This document shows positions 1-16,470 of a stretch of DNA of 64,000 nt, in pieces. The DNA comes from the human T2T-CHM13v2.0 reference genome, Homo sapiens. The stretch lies in NCBI RefSeq assembly GCF_009914755.1, contig NC_060938.1. One strand, written 5' to 3'. The position numbers and the translations under genes were made by a program. The notes under the pieces are model-generated. The model had not been told where the DNA came from. It ran no database searches and saw only the letters and a list, made by a program, of their open reading frames with translations. The first letter of the stretch is position 1, and every line of letters begins with the position of its first letter.

Positions 1-67
1 CGCACAGTACCATGCCCCGCTAATTTTTGTATTTTTAGTAGAGAAGGGGTTTCACCATATTGGTCAG
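1..67 (-). mobile_element. Alu fragment (cut by window edge, truncated)
   Basis: taatttttgtatttttagtagaga..ggggtttcaccatattggtcag. Confidence 0.85.
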
Positions 68-96
68 CGGAAAATCTTAAGAATTTAAGAGGGGGC

Positions 97-400
<304 letters not shown>

Positions 401-409
401 GAGGGGGCA

Positions 410-560
410 TCTGTGCGGCCTTGTGTGAATTGCTTCAACCTCTTTGCTCTTCAGCCTCCTCATTCAGAAGGCAGAGATAATAGTGGACACTCACAGGGAT
501 GTTAGAGGACCAAAGGGGAAAGTGGAGGGCACAATGCAGAGCCCAGAGCAAGTGCTCAGT
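410..560 (+). mobile_element. MIR
   Basis: Degenerate MIR core (aacctctttgctcttcagcctcctcattcagaaggcagagataatagt). Confidence 0.6.
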
Positions 561-670
561 TTGTGTTGGTCCCTGTCCTTTCCTGCTGGCAAGAACCCCT
601 TCCTGACCTTAGTGAAAAACTATCAGAAAAGCTGCTGAGTGAGTATTGCCCCACCTTCTGATGAGACCTC

Positions 671-2257
<1,587 letters not shown>

Positions 2258-2412
2258 ATGAAACTTCATGGATTAGCTCATTGATGTTCATGACTTTTGG
2301 CACATGAGGATTTAAGCACAGCAATGTTAAGTAACTTGCCCAAGGTAAGATAACTAGGAGGTGGTAGAACAAAGTTCGGAACCCAGGCAGATCTAGCCCC
2401 AGAGCCTGGACT

Positions 2413-2710
2413 CTTTTTTTTTTTTTTTTTTTAAGCAGAGTCTCGCTCTGTCGCCCAGGCTGGAGTGCAGTGGCGCCATCGCGCTCACTGCAAGCTCCGC
2501 CTCCCTGGTTCACGCCATTCTCCTGCCTCAGCCTCCCGAGTAGCGGGACTACAGGCGCCCGCCACCACACCCGGCTAATTTTTTGTATTTTTAGTAGAGA
2601 CGGGGTTTCACCATGTTAGCCAGGATGGTCTCGATCTCCTGACCTCGTGATCCACCCGCCTCGGCCTCCCAAAGTCCTAGGATTACAGGCGTGAGCCACC
2701 GCGCCCGGCC
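2413..2710 (-). mobile_element. AluY inserted in a MIR
   Basis: CpG-rich, AluY diagnostics (gcaagctccgcc, cacgccattc, ttagccaggatgg); TSD gagcctggactct. Confidence 0.95.
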
Positions 2711-3454
2711 GAGCCTGGACTCTTGACCACTACAGATACAGTTGTCAGGACCCCTTGTCTCTGCTGCCTTTCTATTCTGAGTTTTCCTTTGAAACGAGAC
2801 AATCCCTTCTACTGTCAGCAGCAGTGCAGGCCTGGCACCTCTTTGTTCTCAGTGTCTGGCCGCATTCACATTATCCAAGTCAAGTGCTAGCATCTTGCTT
2901 GTGGTTGACAAGAACGGACCCTCCATCATCAATGTGTGTGACCAGCTGAGAAAAGAAACAAGCCTTTTCTCATGAGATTTCCAGCCTAGTTGTGCGGGAC
3001 CAGCAAGATCAGAACTCTCCAATGTTTTAAGAACCATGAAGCACAGCCTTTGACATTTCCTCCCAGGCATCCCCAAATTACTTCAAAGTGTTTGTTCACA
3101 CCTGGCAGGCGGGCAGGAGAGGGAGCGAGAAAGCCATCTGTGGAGATTTGCAGCCCTCACTTTTATCGGCAAAGCCTCCCCCTCTGAAGACATGATGAAT
3201 TCAGCTATTTTGGGAGCAGGGATTATAGATGTGACCCACCTGGCTCAGCTCTGAGTAACTGCCTAAAATTCTTGACAATAGCAAAAAGAAAGGAGAATGA
3301 AAGTTAAAAAAAAAAAAAAATCTCTCAGTATAGTTCACTAACCTGCCAAATGCTTGATTGGCTTCTTTTTAGGCCCACAGCTCATTTTCTTCCAGAAAAC
3401 ATCCCAGGAGAACAGCAAGGATATGGGATCTGGGGAGTCGGAGGTCTTGGTTCT

Positions 3455-3800
3455 GGTCCCGGTTCTGCCATATATTAGCAGTGTGACCTTGGGCAAGTCA
3501 TTCATCTGGCAAACATTTATTGAGGGCTTTATCCATGAGAATCATGGAAATGAAAGGTACAGTTTCTGCCTTCTGTGAGTGCACAGAAAATTGAGTAGAA
3601 AAAGATATTAGTAAGTAACTGTATCACAGTGTGATGAGCACTAAGACAGAGGTCCCATGAGAGAAGCCTAGAGGAGGGGTACCTAGCTCAGCCTGAAGGT
3701 GTGGTCAGGAAGTCTCCTAACCTCTCTGAGTTTCAGTTCCTCAGCTGTAAAATAGGGAGCTTTTATATATTTGTGAAGGGAACTGATAGAATGAAATGTA
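3455..3800. mobile_element. MIR and L2 fragments
   Basis: gtgtgaccttgggcaagtca; aacatttattgag; aacctctctgagtttcagttcctcagctgtaaaatagg. Confidence 0.6.
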
Positions 3801-3873
3801 CTTCATCTCCCAAATGAAGCCCCTTCAGTGACTCACACCTGTTTCTGTTTGTGAAAAGAAAGCTCATCACTGA

Positions 3874-4201
<328 letters not shown>

Positions 4202-4902
4202 ACACTCAGGACTCTTTTGAGAAAAGGTTCTTGCCTCTCCCTGCTCCTACTTCAGTTTCCCCCCCACAGACCATGTACTTTCTTGGCTACCCATATGATC
4301 CATATGTATTAAATACTTTCCACGTAAATGTGCTAATGTGCTACACTGAGAGAGATGAGATTTACTGTACTGGGAGAGGAGGGAGCTGCTGGGCAAAAGG
4401 GATTAAAACTCAACTGGGGCAAAACAAAGAACAAGGAGGAGAGGTGAGATTCGACAGGAGGACCAGGAAAGCTGAAGGCAAATGAGACCAGCTCCTGGGA
4501 GAATCCTGACCTGTGCCCAGACAGGAACATAGGAAATACCTTGACAGATCCAGAAGTTCAGGACTGTTTGCCACTACATGAGGAAGAAGAAAAGCCAGCA
4601 GAACTGTTTCTTTTTAGTAGCCAGATTCGTTTAGCAAAAGCTCTGTCTTCTTAAGGGAACAAAATCAAAATGAAATTAAGAAGAGAACACAGACTTCTTG
4701 GATAATTAGGAAGATGATACCACTGCTTGCAAAGGCATATGCTTTCCTTCAAAGGCAAATCAAAAAGTGCATTTGTCATTCATTAATGCCTGCAGGCACT
4801 CATTCACTTAGTGCTGGGCACTGAATGGAATACAAAATTGTGCAAGACTCAGCTCTTGCCTTCAATTTTATCCTAGTAAGCTTTTCAATATAATTGTTTT
4901 AA

Positions 4903-5032
4903 ATTTTTTTTTGTAGAGATGGGGATCTTGCTATATTGCCCAGGCTGGTCTCGGACTCTTGGGCTCAAATGATTCTCCTGCCTTGGCCTTCTGAAGTGCT
5001 GGTATTACAGGCATGAGCCACCATGCCTGGCC
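4903..5032 (-). mobile_element. Alu left monomer (FLAM/AluJ) within L2
   Basis: Monomer only; L2 3' motifs on both sides. Confidence 0.85.
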
Positions 5033-5101
5033 CTAGCAAACATTTATTGAGCATCTCTCTGTGTCAGACACTGGGCTCCATCCCAGGATTTAAAACTAAA
5101 T

Positions 5102-5430
5102 AGCTGGGCGTGGTGGCTCATGCCTGTAATCCCAGCACTTTGGGAGGCCAAAGTGGGTGGATCACCTGAGGTCAGAAGTTTGAGACCAGCCTGGTCAACA
5201 TGATGAAACCTTCTCTGTACTAAAAATACAAAAATTAGCTGGGCATGGAGGTGCATGCCTGTAATCCCAGCTACTCAGGAGGCTGAGGCAGGAGAATCAC
5301 TTGAACCTAGGAGGTGGAGGTTGCAGTGAACTGAGATTGCCTGGGCAATAGAGTGAGACTCTGAAAGAAAGAGAGAGAGAGAAAGAGAAAGAAAGAGAGA
5401 AAGAAAGAAAGAAAAAGGAAGGAGAAAAAA
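5102..5430 (+). mobile_element. AluS with small right-arm deletion and GA-rich tail
   Basis: Dimer; (GAAA/GA)n tail 5363-5430. Confidence 0.9.
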
Positions 5431-6479
5431 ATAGAGCACAATTTCTTACCTTAAGGAGAAAATCTGGTGGATTTGCTAATAAAATGTCTTCACACTTCTA
5501 ATATTCTAAACATTGACTTGAACAGATATTATTCTTGCCTGTGATTCTGTCAGTTTTCTGGCCCTTGTTGGAAGAATAAATCCTCTGAATTTATTCTAGA
5601 GGCCTGGCAGTTCAGCTCTGAGCTCACAGTAGTTGTGACTGAGAGAAAAAATGGTCTGTTTCCCTATCTCTCCCCTACAGGTCTAAAAATGTACCTGGCT
5701 GGATCAGGAACATCCACTTTTTTCTCCAAATGAGAGGTTACACAAAGTGAGTCATTTTTCTAGCTTTTTAAAAAGCTTGATTCAACCTTCCAATTTCCCA
5801 CCTTTCTCTTCCACCTGCCTTGTTTAATAATTAGGCTGTTTAATAAATGCATTTGATGAGGAGGAGCGGGAGGAGGATGGTGATTGTTAGGCCTTACAAG
5901 TCCCTGGGGAATGTAACAGCGTCCTCAGCCAGAGTCACTATGTTCTGGGTTGTCCCCTGAGCATCTTGCTGAGTGAAAAGGCCAGAGGCCCTTCCTGCTT
6001 TAGGGTGCAGGTTTGACTGACCTTGGGTCATTCTTTCCCTAAGTGCCCTGCCAAGAAACCAGGTTTGGTTCTTATCTCTTAACTTCCTTTTTGTTCTGCT
6101 CCTAGTTTAGCTTACATTTTTCTTACTTGGAGCTTTTACTAACAGCAGATGACCACTACTTTTCAAGTACCTGCTGGGCTTGGAAGGTAGAGAGCAAACT
6201 AGACTGGGTGAGGTGAGAAAAATCATCCAGGCCAGCTTGTGACAATGCAGAAGGGTCAGGAGGCCTCACTGGTGAAGCACATTTCAGTAGGCAGGCACGC
6301 AAGGCATGGACTTCAGGAAAGGAAGTGGTGGGAACCTACCCACAGATGAGAGAGAAACAGAGACAGCAGGACAGGGAGAGGTCGAGCTGGAGACAGACAG
6401 ACACACATGTACGGGGGCCAGTGGGGAGGAGAGGAGAGAGACTATGTTCACAGTGACAGGCTACATAGCCTGGGGGTAA

Positions 6480-6700
6480 AAGGAGTCACAGAGATATGGG
6501 TTCATATTTCAGCTCCACCATTTACTAGCTCTATGTGACTTGCATATTACTAAGCAAGTCACTTAGCCTTCTCTAGCTTCTGTTTCCTCATCTATAAAAT
6601 AGAGCTAATAATACCTATCTTGCACAGTCATTGTGAGAACTAGTGATAAAATATGCCAAGTCACTTGCACACAATAGGCCCTCAATTAATGGCAGCTGTA
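6480..6700 (+). mobile_element. MIR
   Basis: ctgtttcctcatctataaaatagagctaataatacctatc core. Confidence 0.8.
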
Positions 6701-7204
6701 GTTATTTTTGGAGTACTTTTTATGTTCTAAGTACTAGCTAAGTTTGGGGGATATGGGTAGAAAGTGTGGTGTGACAAATAGGAATATCCAATGAATGGTC
6801 CTAAGAGCTCCTTTTGGGTTTGCCTGGCAATGGGCTACCTTACTGTTTCCCCAAGAGGAGAGGCTGGCTGTGCCCAACTTCAACTTCCTATGGTACCAGG
6901 AGATCTGAAGACACTAGCTGGGCATTTCATAGCACTTCCTTAAGCCTTGGGCCCCTATGCTCATGCTGATCAGTGTCTGAACCCTGAAATACTTTCCCAC
7001 CACAGCAAAGTCCCTCTCAAGTTGACCTATGAAAAGGAAGAGGTACCAGGGGTCCCTCCTCAGATGATTGATGGTGCATCCAGCTGCACCCCAAAAAGCC
7101 CAACTGTCTACAGGATCCAGGGAGAGAAGAGGACCTGGATACCTGCACCTTTCTTGAGTTTTACCTGCCAACACCAATTAGCTTTTGTCTTAAATATATC
7201 TTAT

Positions 7205-7491
7205 GGCTAGATGCAGTGGCTCACACTTGTAATCCCAGTGCTTTGAGAGGCCAAGGCAGGAGGATTACTTGAGGCCAGGAGTTCAAGACCAACCTGGGAA
7301 ATATAGCAAGACCCCACCTCTACAAAAAAAAAAAATTAAAAACTAGCTGGGTGTGGTGGTGTGTGCCTCTAGTCCCAGCTACCCAGAAAGCTGAGGTGGA
7401 AGGATCACTTGAGCCCAGGAGCTCAAGGCTGCAGTGAGCCATGATCAAGCCACTGCACTCCAGCCTGGGTGACAGAGCAAGACCCTCTGTC
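7205..7491 (+). mobile_element. AluJ
   Basis: AluJ diagnostics (gaggccaggag, gagcccaggag, gccatgatc). Confidence 0.9.
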
Positions 7492-7722
7492 TTTTCAGTT
7501 ATCAAATAAACTAATATTTCTTTGTAAGACCATATTGAAGGGTTTCCCTGACTGAGACATGTTCTGGAGAACTTCAGTACCACCACTATTTACTGATGGC
7601 TCACAATCAGAACATCATGATAAGGTTTGTGTGCAACTGGATCAATTAAGACCATCGATCTGAGTGCACTTTACAAACTCTAGGGTGCTGTACTAATGTT
7701 AGCCAACAAAACGTCTTATGTC

Positions 7723-8083
<361 letters not shown>

Positions 8084-8415
8084 TCAATACCTAGGGAGAT
8101 ATTTTGTACTCTGGAGTAGGGGAAGAGTAAACGCTGAGGCTGATATCGTAGGTTGCTGTGTCTGCTGTCAAGTGTCCACCATGGAAGGAGCCTTTATAAA
8201 GCCTCAGTGTCCTTTTGCCTCTGAGTGCCTCTGGCCTCTAGCAACCTGTCTCCCAAACCACTCAGGTGATTAATCTGAGGTTTCCTAACCACGTGGATTT
8301 CAACAAACCACCAGATCCTACCTGCGATGGGAGCAAAAATTCCTCCCAGTTTCTCCCTAGGCATCCGGGGTCTGAGTGCAGCTCTCCCTGCCACATAAGG
8401 AGGGTTGACTTGGTG

Positions 8416-8639
8416 GAGAATATGGGAACAAGTATAGCATCTTCTTTGTTCCTTAAAACACCCTCAACTTAACATTTTACTTCTGTCTGCTTCAGCTGAC
8501 AGCTTGAGAAAAACCAAATTGGTGGTTGGCTGGTTGGGTTTTTTTTCAACCTAACAACAAGCCTGGCTTAGAGCTATTCATTCTTCAGCTCCTGATACTG
8601 TGTGTCTATAGATAAACCGGCATATATATTATCAACTTT
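8416..8639 (+). repeat. 224-bp local direct duplication, copy 1
   Basis: Matches 10405-10628 with 5 substitutions and no indels. Confidence 0.95.
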
Positions 8640-9097
8640 TGTTTACTTCTCCCCTAATGGAAGTCCATTAATTTCCCAATATATATTACAGAATGACTTG
8701 CCTGTTGCCAGCATTGGGAGGATAAATTAATCTTTAGTCCCTAGATGTTTAAGTTGGAAAATAATGGGAAATAGAAGAAATAGAAGGACCGAGATGACTC
8801 ATTTATTTCAGATGCTCACCCTAAACTACTTTGGAAATGCCAGCCGTGAATTAAAACCCGAATCTAGAAGAATGACCTAAATCACACTTTACCAGAGAGA
8901 CTCTTTAGTTCCTTAGCAAAAATTGCACTTTATGTCTAGAATGGAAGAGGTTGATGATGGCTGGAGTCAAGTAGCATGAACTTAACTCCATCCGATCTGG
9001 GGATAAGGAATCAATATTGTCTCTCTAGAGAGGGCAGAAACCTCTTTAGAAGAAGATAAAGGGAAGCCACAGTCAAGTATAAGATACTGACATCCTA

Positions 9098-9537
9098 AGC
9101 CAGGCACGGTGGCTCACACCTGTAATCCCAGCACTTTGGGAGACCAAAGCAGGCGGATCACTTTTGGTCAGGAGTTCGAGACCAGCCTGGCCAACATGGT
9201 GAAACCCCATCTCTACTAAAAATACAAAAATTAGCCGGGCATGGTGGCAGGCACCTGTAGTCCCAGCTGTTCGGATGGCTGAGGCAGGAGAATCGCTTGA
9301 GAACTCTAGCCTGGGTGACACAGCAAGACACTGTCTCAAAAACAAAAACAAAAAAATTAAAAAATTAGCCTGGCATGGTGGTGTGCGCCTCTAGTCCCAG
9401 CTACTCAGGAGATCGAGGCAGGAGGATTGCTTGAGCCCAGGAGGTTGAGGCTGCAGTGAGCCCTGTTCACATCACTGCACTCCATCCTGGGCAACACAGC
9501 GATACTCTTGTCTCAAAAAAAAAAAAAAAAAAAAAAA
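9098..9537 (+). mobile_element. Composite Alu (AluS dimer + AluJ right monomer)
   Basis: Single 17-bp TSD aagatactgacatccta at 9081-9097 and 9536-9552. Confidence 0.9.
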
Positions 9538-9845
9538 GATACTGACATCCTATAATATGTTAGTGCTGAGAAAGAGAGGAGAGCTGGCTTGGGAAAAGAG
9601 CAAGATCTTTTTTGCTCACTGAATCACAGGCCAAACCTGTTCCCCTGTTTATTCTGTGGTGATCCTCCTAACTTAATTTTCCCTAGGTACAACAAATGAG
9701 GTGGCCCTACACAGTTACATTAACTGATTTTTCTATAAGGTTATCTGAAGGCTAAGGATCTCAGGATGTAATGGATAGTAAAGCCCAGGATTATGATTTA
9801 GGCAAAAATCAGAAAGGAGAGTCAGGTAAAGGAAAAGAAATTCTT

Positions 9846-10206
<361 letters not shown>

Positions 10207-10404
10207 CTACTGCAGGGAAGCAACTAATCTTACAACATAATAGATGTTGTTAATAATGTTCATTACCTCCTTGGATGCCACCAATAAATGACTTTCAATT
10301 TTATACATGTATTGTCCAAGTTGTGAATTTGGTCTTGGAATTAACAGGTGGTAAATTCCTGGAAAGCTTAATAAGGGAGATTGTTTACTTTGTGTATAAA
10401 TAAA

Positions 10405-10628
10405 GAGAATATGGGATCAAGTATAGCATCTTCTTTGTTCCTTAAAACACCCTCAACTTAACATTTTACTTCTCTCTGCTTCAGCTGACAGCTTGAGAAA
10501 AACCAAATTGGTGGTTGGCTGGTTGGGTTTTTTTTCAACCTAACAACAAGCCTGGCTTAGAACTATTCATTCTTCAGCTCCCGATACTGTGTGTCTATAG
10601 ATAAACAGGCATATATATTATCAACTTT
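10405..10628 (+). repeat. 224-bp local direct duplication, copy 2
   Basis: Matches 8416-8639 at offset 1989. Confidence 0.95.
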
Positions 10629-10648
10629 GAAGGAATGAAGATTATTAT

Positions 10649-11600
10649 GTGGGAACACGAACTGGCATAGTCATTATGGAGAACAGTATGGCGTTTCCTC
10701 AAAAAACTACAAATCAAACTTCCATATGATCCAGCAATCCCCCTACTGGGTATATACTAAAAGGGTATGAAATCAACATATTGAAGAGACATCTGCACCC
10801 CCATATTTACTGCAGTACTATTCACAATAGCCAAGATAGGGAGTCAACCCAGGTGTCCAACAACAGATGAATTGGTAAAGAAAATGTGGTATATATACAC
10901 AATAAAATACTACTCAGCCATAAAAAGGACAAAATCCTGTCATTTGCAATAACATGGATGGAATGGAGGACATTGTGTTAAGTGAAATAAGCCAGATAAC
11001 TTGAACAGAAAGTTAAACACCACATGTTCTCACCCATATGTGGAAACTAAAAAAGGTCGATCTTATGGAAGTAAAAAGTAGAACAGAGGATACTAGAGGC
11101 TTGGGAAGGTAGCGGGAAGTGGGTATGGGAAGAGATTTGTAAAGGATACAAAATTACAGCTAGATAGGAGGAATAAGTTGGAATAAATTCTAGTGTTCTA
11201 AAGCACTGTAGGATGACTATAGTTAACAGTAGTATATTATATAGTTTCAAATAACTCCAAGAGGATATTGAATGTTCCCAACACAAATAAATGATAAATG
11301 TTTGATCAGCCAGGTTGTGGTGAATGCATATAGTCCTAGCTACTCTGGAGGCCGAGGCAGGCGGATTGCTTAAGTCCAGGAGTTTGAGGTTATAGTGAAC
11401 TATGAACTATGATCAAGCCACTGCACTCCAGCCTGGGCAACAGAGCAATACCCTGTCTCTAAACCAAAAAAGATAAATGTTCAAGATGATGGATATGCTA
11501 ATTACCCTGATCTGATGATCACTATATATTATGTGTATTGAAATATCACTATGTGTCCCATAAATATGTTTTGTTGTGTGTGTCGGCTAAAAATGATTTT
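10649..11600 (+). mobile_element. L1 (L1MA-like) 3' fragment interrupted by an Alu right monomer at 11308-11470
   Basis: ccatatgatccagcaatccccctactgggtata; aaagaaaatgtggtatatatacac; 3'UTR motifs. Confidence 0.9.
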
Positions 11601-11601
11601 T

Positions 11602-12077
<476 letters not shown>

Positions 12078-12213
12078 TGGGCTGGTTACTTAGGTGGGCT
12101 CCCTGAGAGCAGCATTATGTTGGTGAGGGTGGTCTTGGGGCGAGGACTGGTCCTCAGCCTTGCAGATGTAGGATCTCCATTTTATTAGTATACCTGGCAG
12201 TGGGCAGGCTCTG

Positions 12214-12647
12214 GTAGGGTTGACAGAAAAATACAGGGTGCCCAGTAAAATTTGAATCTTAGATAAACAATGAATAATTTTTAGTATAAGTGTATCCCAT
12301 GTGATATTTGTTTTGTTTTAGAGACAGAGTCTCTCTTTGTCACCCAGGCTGGAGTGCAGTTCTGCGATTGCCGCTCACTGCAACCCTTAGAACTCCTGGG
12401 ATTAGGAGATCCTCCTGCCTCAGCCTCCCAAACAGCTAAGACTGCATGTGTGTGCCACCATGCCCAGCTGCTAATTTTTAAAATCTTTTGTAGAGACAGG
12501 GTCTCACTATGTTGTCCAGGCTGGTCCAGAACTCCTGGCCTCAAGTGATTCTTCCAATTCAGACTTCCAAAGTGCTAGTATTACAGGCATGAACCACTGC
12601 ACTTGGCCCCAATATTTGTATTTTTATTTGCTACATCTGACAACCCT
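12214..12647. mobile_element. MER53 hAT MITE interrupted by AluJ (12311-12609, -)
   Basis: TIRs tagggttgacaga ... tctgacaacccta. Confidence 0.8.
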
Positions 12648-13016
12648 ATCTAGGAGGCATCCATTAATTAACTCACCAGAGACTTATTTGTAAACCAGAA
12701 CCCCAATGTGTGGGTTTACAGGGCAGGGCACACGTTTCAACATAGCAGAGCCTTTGTGCCTACTATTTGCACCTCTCTCCTTTAGGTGTTTGGAAAACCA
12801 AGTTTGTCATCGGTGAATTTCAAATTGTAGTGAAGCACGTTGAATAGCTTCATGGGCTATGCATCCAGACCACAGTAGAACATAGGAACTCTGGATGTTT
12901 GACTGCAGGGACACCACTCAGAACCTGGAATAACAATCCAGTCTAACAGACACAGTGTCTTTCTTCCCTAGACAGTGTTGCAATAATGCTGGGCTTCCAC
13001 TCCCCTTTTTCAATGT

Positions 13017-13313
13017 TTATTTATTTTTATTATTATTATTTTTTGAGACGGAGTCTCACTCTGTCACCCAGGCTGGAGTACAGTGGTTCCATCTCTGCTT
13101 ACTGCAAACTCTGTCTCCTAGGTTAAAGCAATTCTCCTGCCTCAGCCTACCGAGTACCTGGGATTACAGGCACCAATCACCATGCCTGGCTAATTTTGTA
13201 TTTTTAGTGGAGACGGGGTTTCACCATGTTGGCCAGGCTGGTCTCAAACCCCTGACCCCTGCCCGCCTTGGCCTCCCAAAGTGCTGGGATTATAGGCATG
13301 AGCCTGCGCCTGT
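13017..13313 (-). mobile_element. AluS
   Basis: Dimer with (TTA)n/T tail. Confidence 0.9.
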
Positions 13314-13828
13314 CCTCTTTTTATGTCACTCAAAACTCCTTGTAAACACACTGCCATTTTAAAGATATCTGCTGATTCAATCTATTTCGTATTGATTGTT
13401 GTGCTACTTTTTAGGGAGCCATACTACGTCTTGCTCATCTTGCTGAGTTTTGGGAAGCTTGATAGTTCTAATGATTAGCAGGCATTAATTTTATGAGATA
13501 GTTTTAGATATGTACGGATACATCTGTGATTTTCTAAAACAGAACACAATTTTGATCTTAGACTCTCATTCTGTGTAATGCAGAAAAATTAATCCAGTAG
13601 GAAATTCATTCATTCATACTCATCCTCTCTCCCTTGATCTCCTTTAGCTGGAATCTCAATTGTAGGAGAGTGGGAAGGAGGAACCCTTGTAACACCATGT
13701 GCTCGGAGTTGGTAGCTCCAGAGATGGGGAACAGCTCATCCCTGGGCATCCAGAGATACTAGCATAGCCCCGTGTTGTCCTCTAAAGCAGCTGTATGCCC
13801 ATCTAGTTTGCTCAGCTCATGCTGCTAT

Positions 13829-14740
13829 TGACAAAGGGTCAAACTCTGTAAACTATTTGAAGAAATTTATTCTGAGCCAAATATGAGTGGCCAATGGCCC
13901 ATGACACAGCCCTCAGGAGATGTTTCTGACAACATGTTCCCAAGGTGGTCAGGCTACAGCTTGGTTTTATACACCTTAGGGAGACATAAGATATCAGTCA
14001 ATACCTGTAAGATGTACATTGGTTTGGTTCAGAAAGGACAACCAGAAGCAGGGGCTTCTAGGTCATAGGCAGATTCAAAGATTTTCTGATTGGCAGTTGG
14101 TTGAAAGAGTTATTATCAATAGAAAGGTATGTCTGGGCCAGGTGCAGTGGCTCATGCCTGTAATCCCAGCACTGTGGGAGGCTGAGGTGAGCAGATCACT
14201 TGAGCTCAGGTGTTCAAGACCAGCCCGGGCAACGTGATGAAATGCCATCTCTACAAAAAATACAAAAATGAGCTGGGGTGGTGGCTCACGCCTGCAATCC
14301 CAGCTACTTGGAAGTGGAGGCAGGAGAATTGCTTGAGCCCAGGAAGCAGAGGTTGCAGTGAGTGAGACTGCGCCACTGCACTCCAGACTGGGTGACAGAG
14401 CGAGACCCTGTCTCAGAAAAAAGAATGCCTGGGTTAAGATAAGGGGTTGTAGAGACCAAGATTTTGTCATGCAGGTGAGGCCTCCAGGCAGCAGACTTCA
14501 GAGGGAATAGACTGTAAATGTTTGTCAGACTTAGTCTGTTAACAAGTCTTAAGGTCTGTGCTGATGTTAATGCTGGTCAGCTTTTCCTGAATACTCAAAG
14601 AGAGGAAGGTATGATGAAGCATGTCTGACCCCCCTTCCCATCATGGCCTGAACTAACTTTTCAGGTTAACATTGGAATGTCCTTTGCTGAGATGAGGAGG
14701 TCCATTCAGGTGGCTGGGGGCTTAGAATTTTTGGTTTGCA
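13829..14740 (-). mobile_element. ERV1 MER4-group solo LTR interrupted by Alu (14136-14422, +)
   Basis: tttattctgagccaaatatgagtg, ccaaggtggtcagg, ggggcttagaatttttggtttgca typical of MER4 LTRs. Confidence 0.85.
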
Positions 14741-15704
14741 CTGCCATCCATCATTGTTTCTCCATGGCATGACCACTTTGAGCTGCCAACTCTCCCTCTC
14801 AGCTCACCTCTGAGCACTTCTCGGCATGACAGTGGGGCAGTCCAGCTACTTTCCCACAGCTACCACAGCCAGAAACAAGGCTGTCACTGAGCTCTCTCCC
14901 CCATCACCCGAACAACCATCTGTGCTCTGTTGACCCCATATCACTGTAGCATAAGCAAATCTGTGGGGTCAGCTGCCCTCCCTAGATAGGAAGTAGACAC
15001 AAATTTCCTCTATTCTTAGTTTCCTCAAGGCTTATCTTGTGTTCTACTTGCCAGCCAGAGTTCCCTCTCTGCTAAAATAATTCACCCTGGGAAGATGATA
15101 GGGGCCTTCCTTGGAGACCACACATCTCTCCAGTCTAGATAACCCTACGAAAGTATCTAGGGGCTGGTAATCTTGCATGGAGGAGTGGGGAGAGTTCTTT
15201 CAGACCGTTCTTATTTGGTTCAAAATAACGATTTAGGGCCAAAGAGTTCCTGAATGCTCAAAAAGTATTTTCTCTCAAATCTAGGTCTTGTGTTCAGCAA
15301 TCTCATTTGAATCTCAAAAGTTAACCACTGACTTTCTTTTTCTTGGCATTCCAGCTATGATAACCTCACTTTTCCCTGGGGCAGGGCATGCCTGGGTCTG
15401 CAGAGCAGTAGAATGTGGTGAAGTGTGTTTTGTTGATGGTAGAAGGGAGGACCTGTTTAATGTCTCAAAATACCTTCTGGAGTTGCAATGTTCCAGCCTC
15501 TATTTTTATGCTAAGTACCTTAAACCCATGTAATCTTCAGAACAATCTCAAGAACTAAGTATAATCATTCCAACGCAGATGAGGAAATGAAAATTCAAAG
15601 GGAGAATGGGGAATTTGTTAAAAGATTCCAGTTGTAAGTGGTGGCAAAATAATGAACCTAGGATAACCTGATTCCAAAGTCTTCATTTTAAACCCCAACA
15701 GTGA

Positions 15705-15995
15705 GGCTGGGCACAGTGGCTCAAGCCTGTAATCCCAGAAATTTGGGAGGCCAAGGCAGAATCACTTGAGGCCAGGAGTTCTAGACCAGTCTGGGCAACA
15801 TGGTGAGACTCTGTCTCTACAAAAAACAAAAAAATCAGCTGGGCATGGTGGTGTGTACATGTAGTCCTAGCTACTTGGGATGCTGTGGCAGAAGGATCGC
15901 TTGAGCCCAGGAAGTTGAGGCTGCAGTGAGCCATGACAGTGCCACTACAATCCAGCCTGGGTAACAGAGGGATCTTGTCTCTAAATAAATAAATA
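15705..15995 (+). mobile_element. AluJ
   Basis: TSD ccccaacagtg. Confidence 0.9.
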
Positions 15996-16067
15996 ACCCC
16001 CAACAGTGGCCTCATATCTTGTCCAACAACTAACTCTCTAGGAGATTTGTTAAAAATAATTTTGATA

Positions 16068-16384
16068 TGCCAGGTTCTCGCCTGTAATCCCAGCACTTTG
16101 GGAGGCCAAGGCAGGTTGATCACTTGAGGTCAGGAGTTTGAGACCAGCTTGGCCAACATGGTGAAACCCTGTCTCCACTAAAATACAAAAATTAGCCGGG
16201 TATGGTGGTGCGTGCCTGTCATCCCAGCTACTCAGGAGGCTGAGGCAGGACAATCGCTTGAACCCAAGAGGTGGAGGGTTGCAGTGAGCTGAGATCACGC
16301 CACTGCGCTCCAGCCTGGGTGACAGAGTGAGCCTCCATCTCAATAATAATAATAATAATAATAATAATATAATAATAATAATAA
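16068..16384 (+). mobile_element. AluS with (TAA)n tail, in MER5-like element
   Basis: TSD aataattttgata. Confidence 0.9.
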
Positions 16385-16470
16385 TTTTGATAAAGATCCA
16401 CTCCAGGAGATCCTGATCCAGTTGGTCTCGGTTAGAGCCTGGTCATTAGTATTTTGAACAGTGTCAACCT

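Noticed and set aside
12770-12950. Acceptor ctctctcctttag| at 12785
   Set aside because: Reading frames close quickly and no matching strong donor
15380-15400. GGGCATGCCT p53 half-site
   Set aside because: Single decamer with no adjacent second half-site
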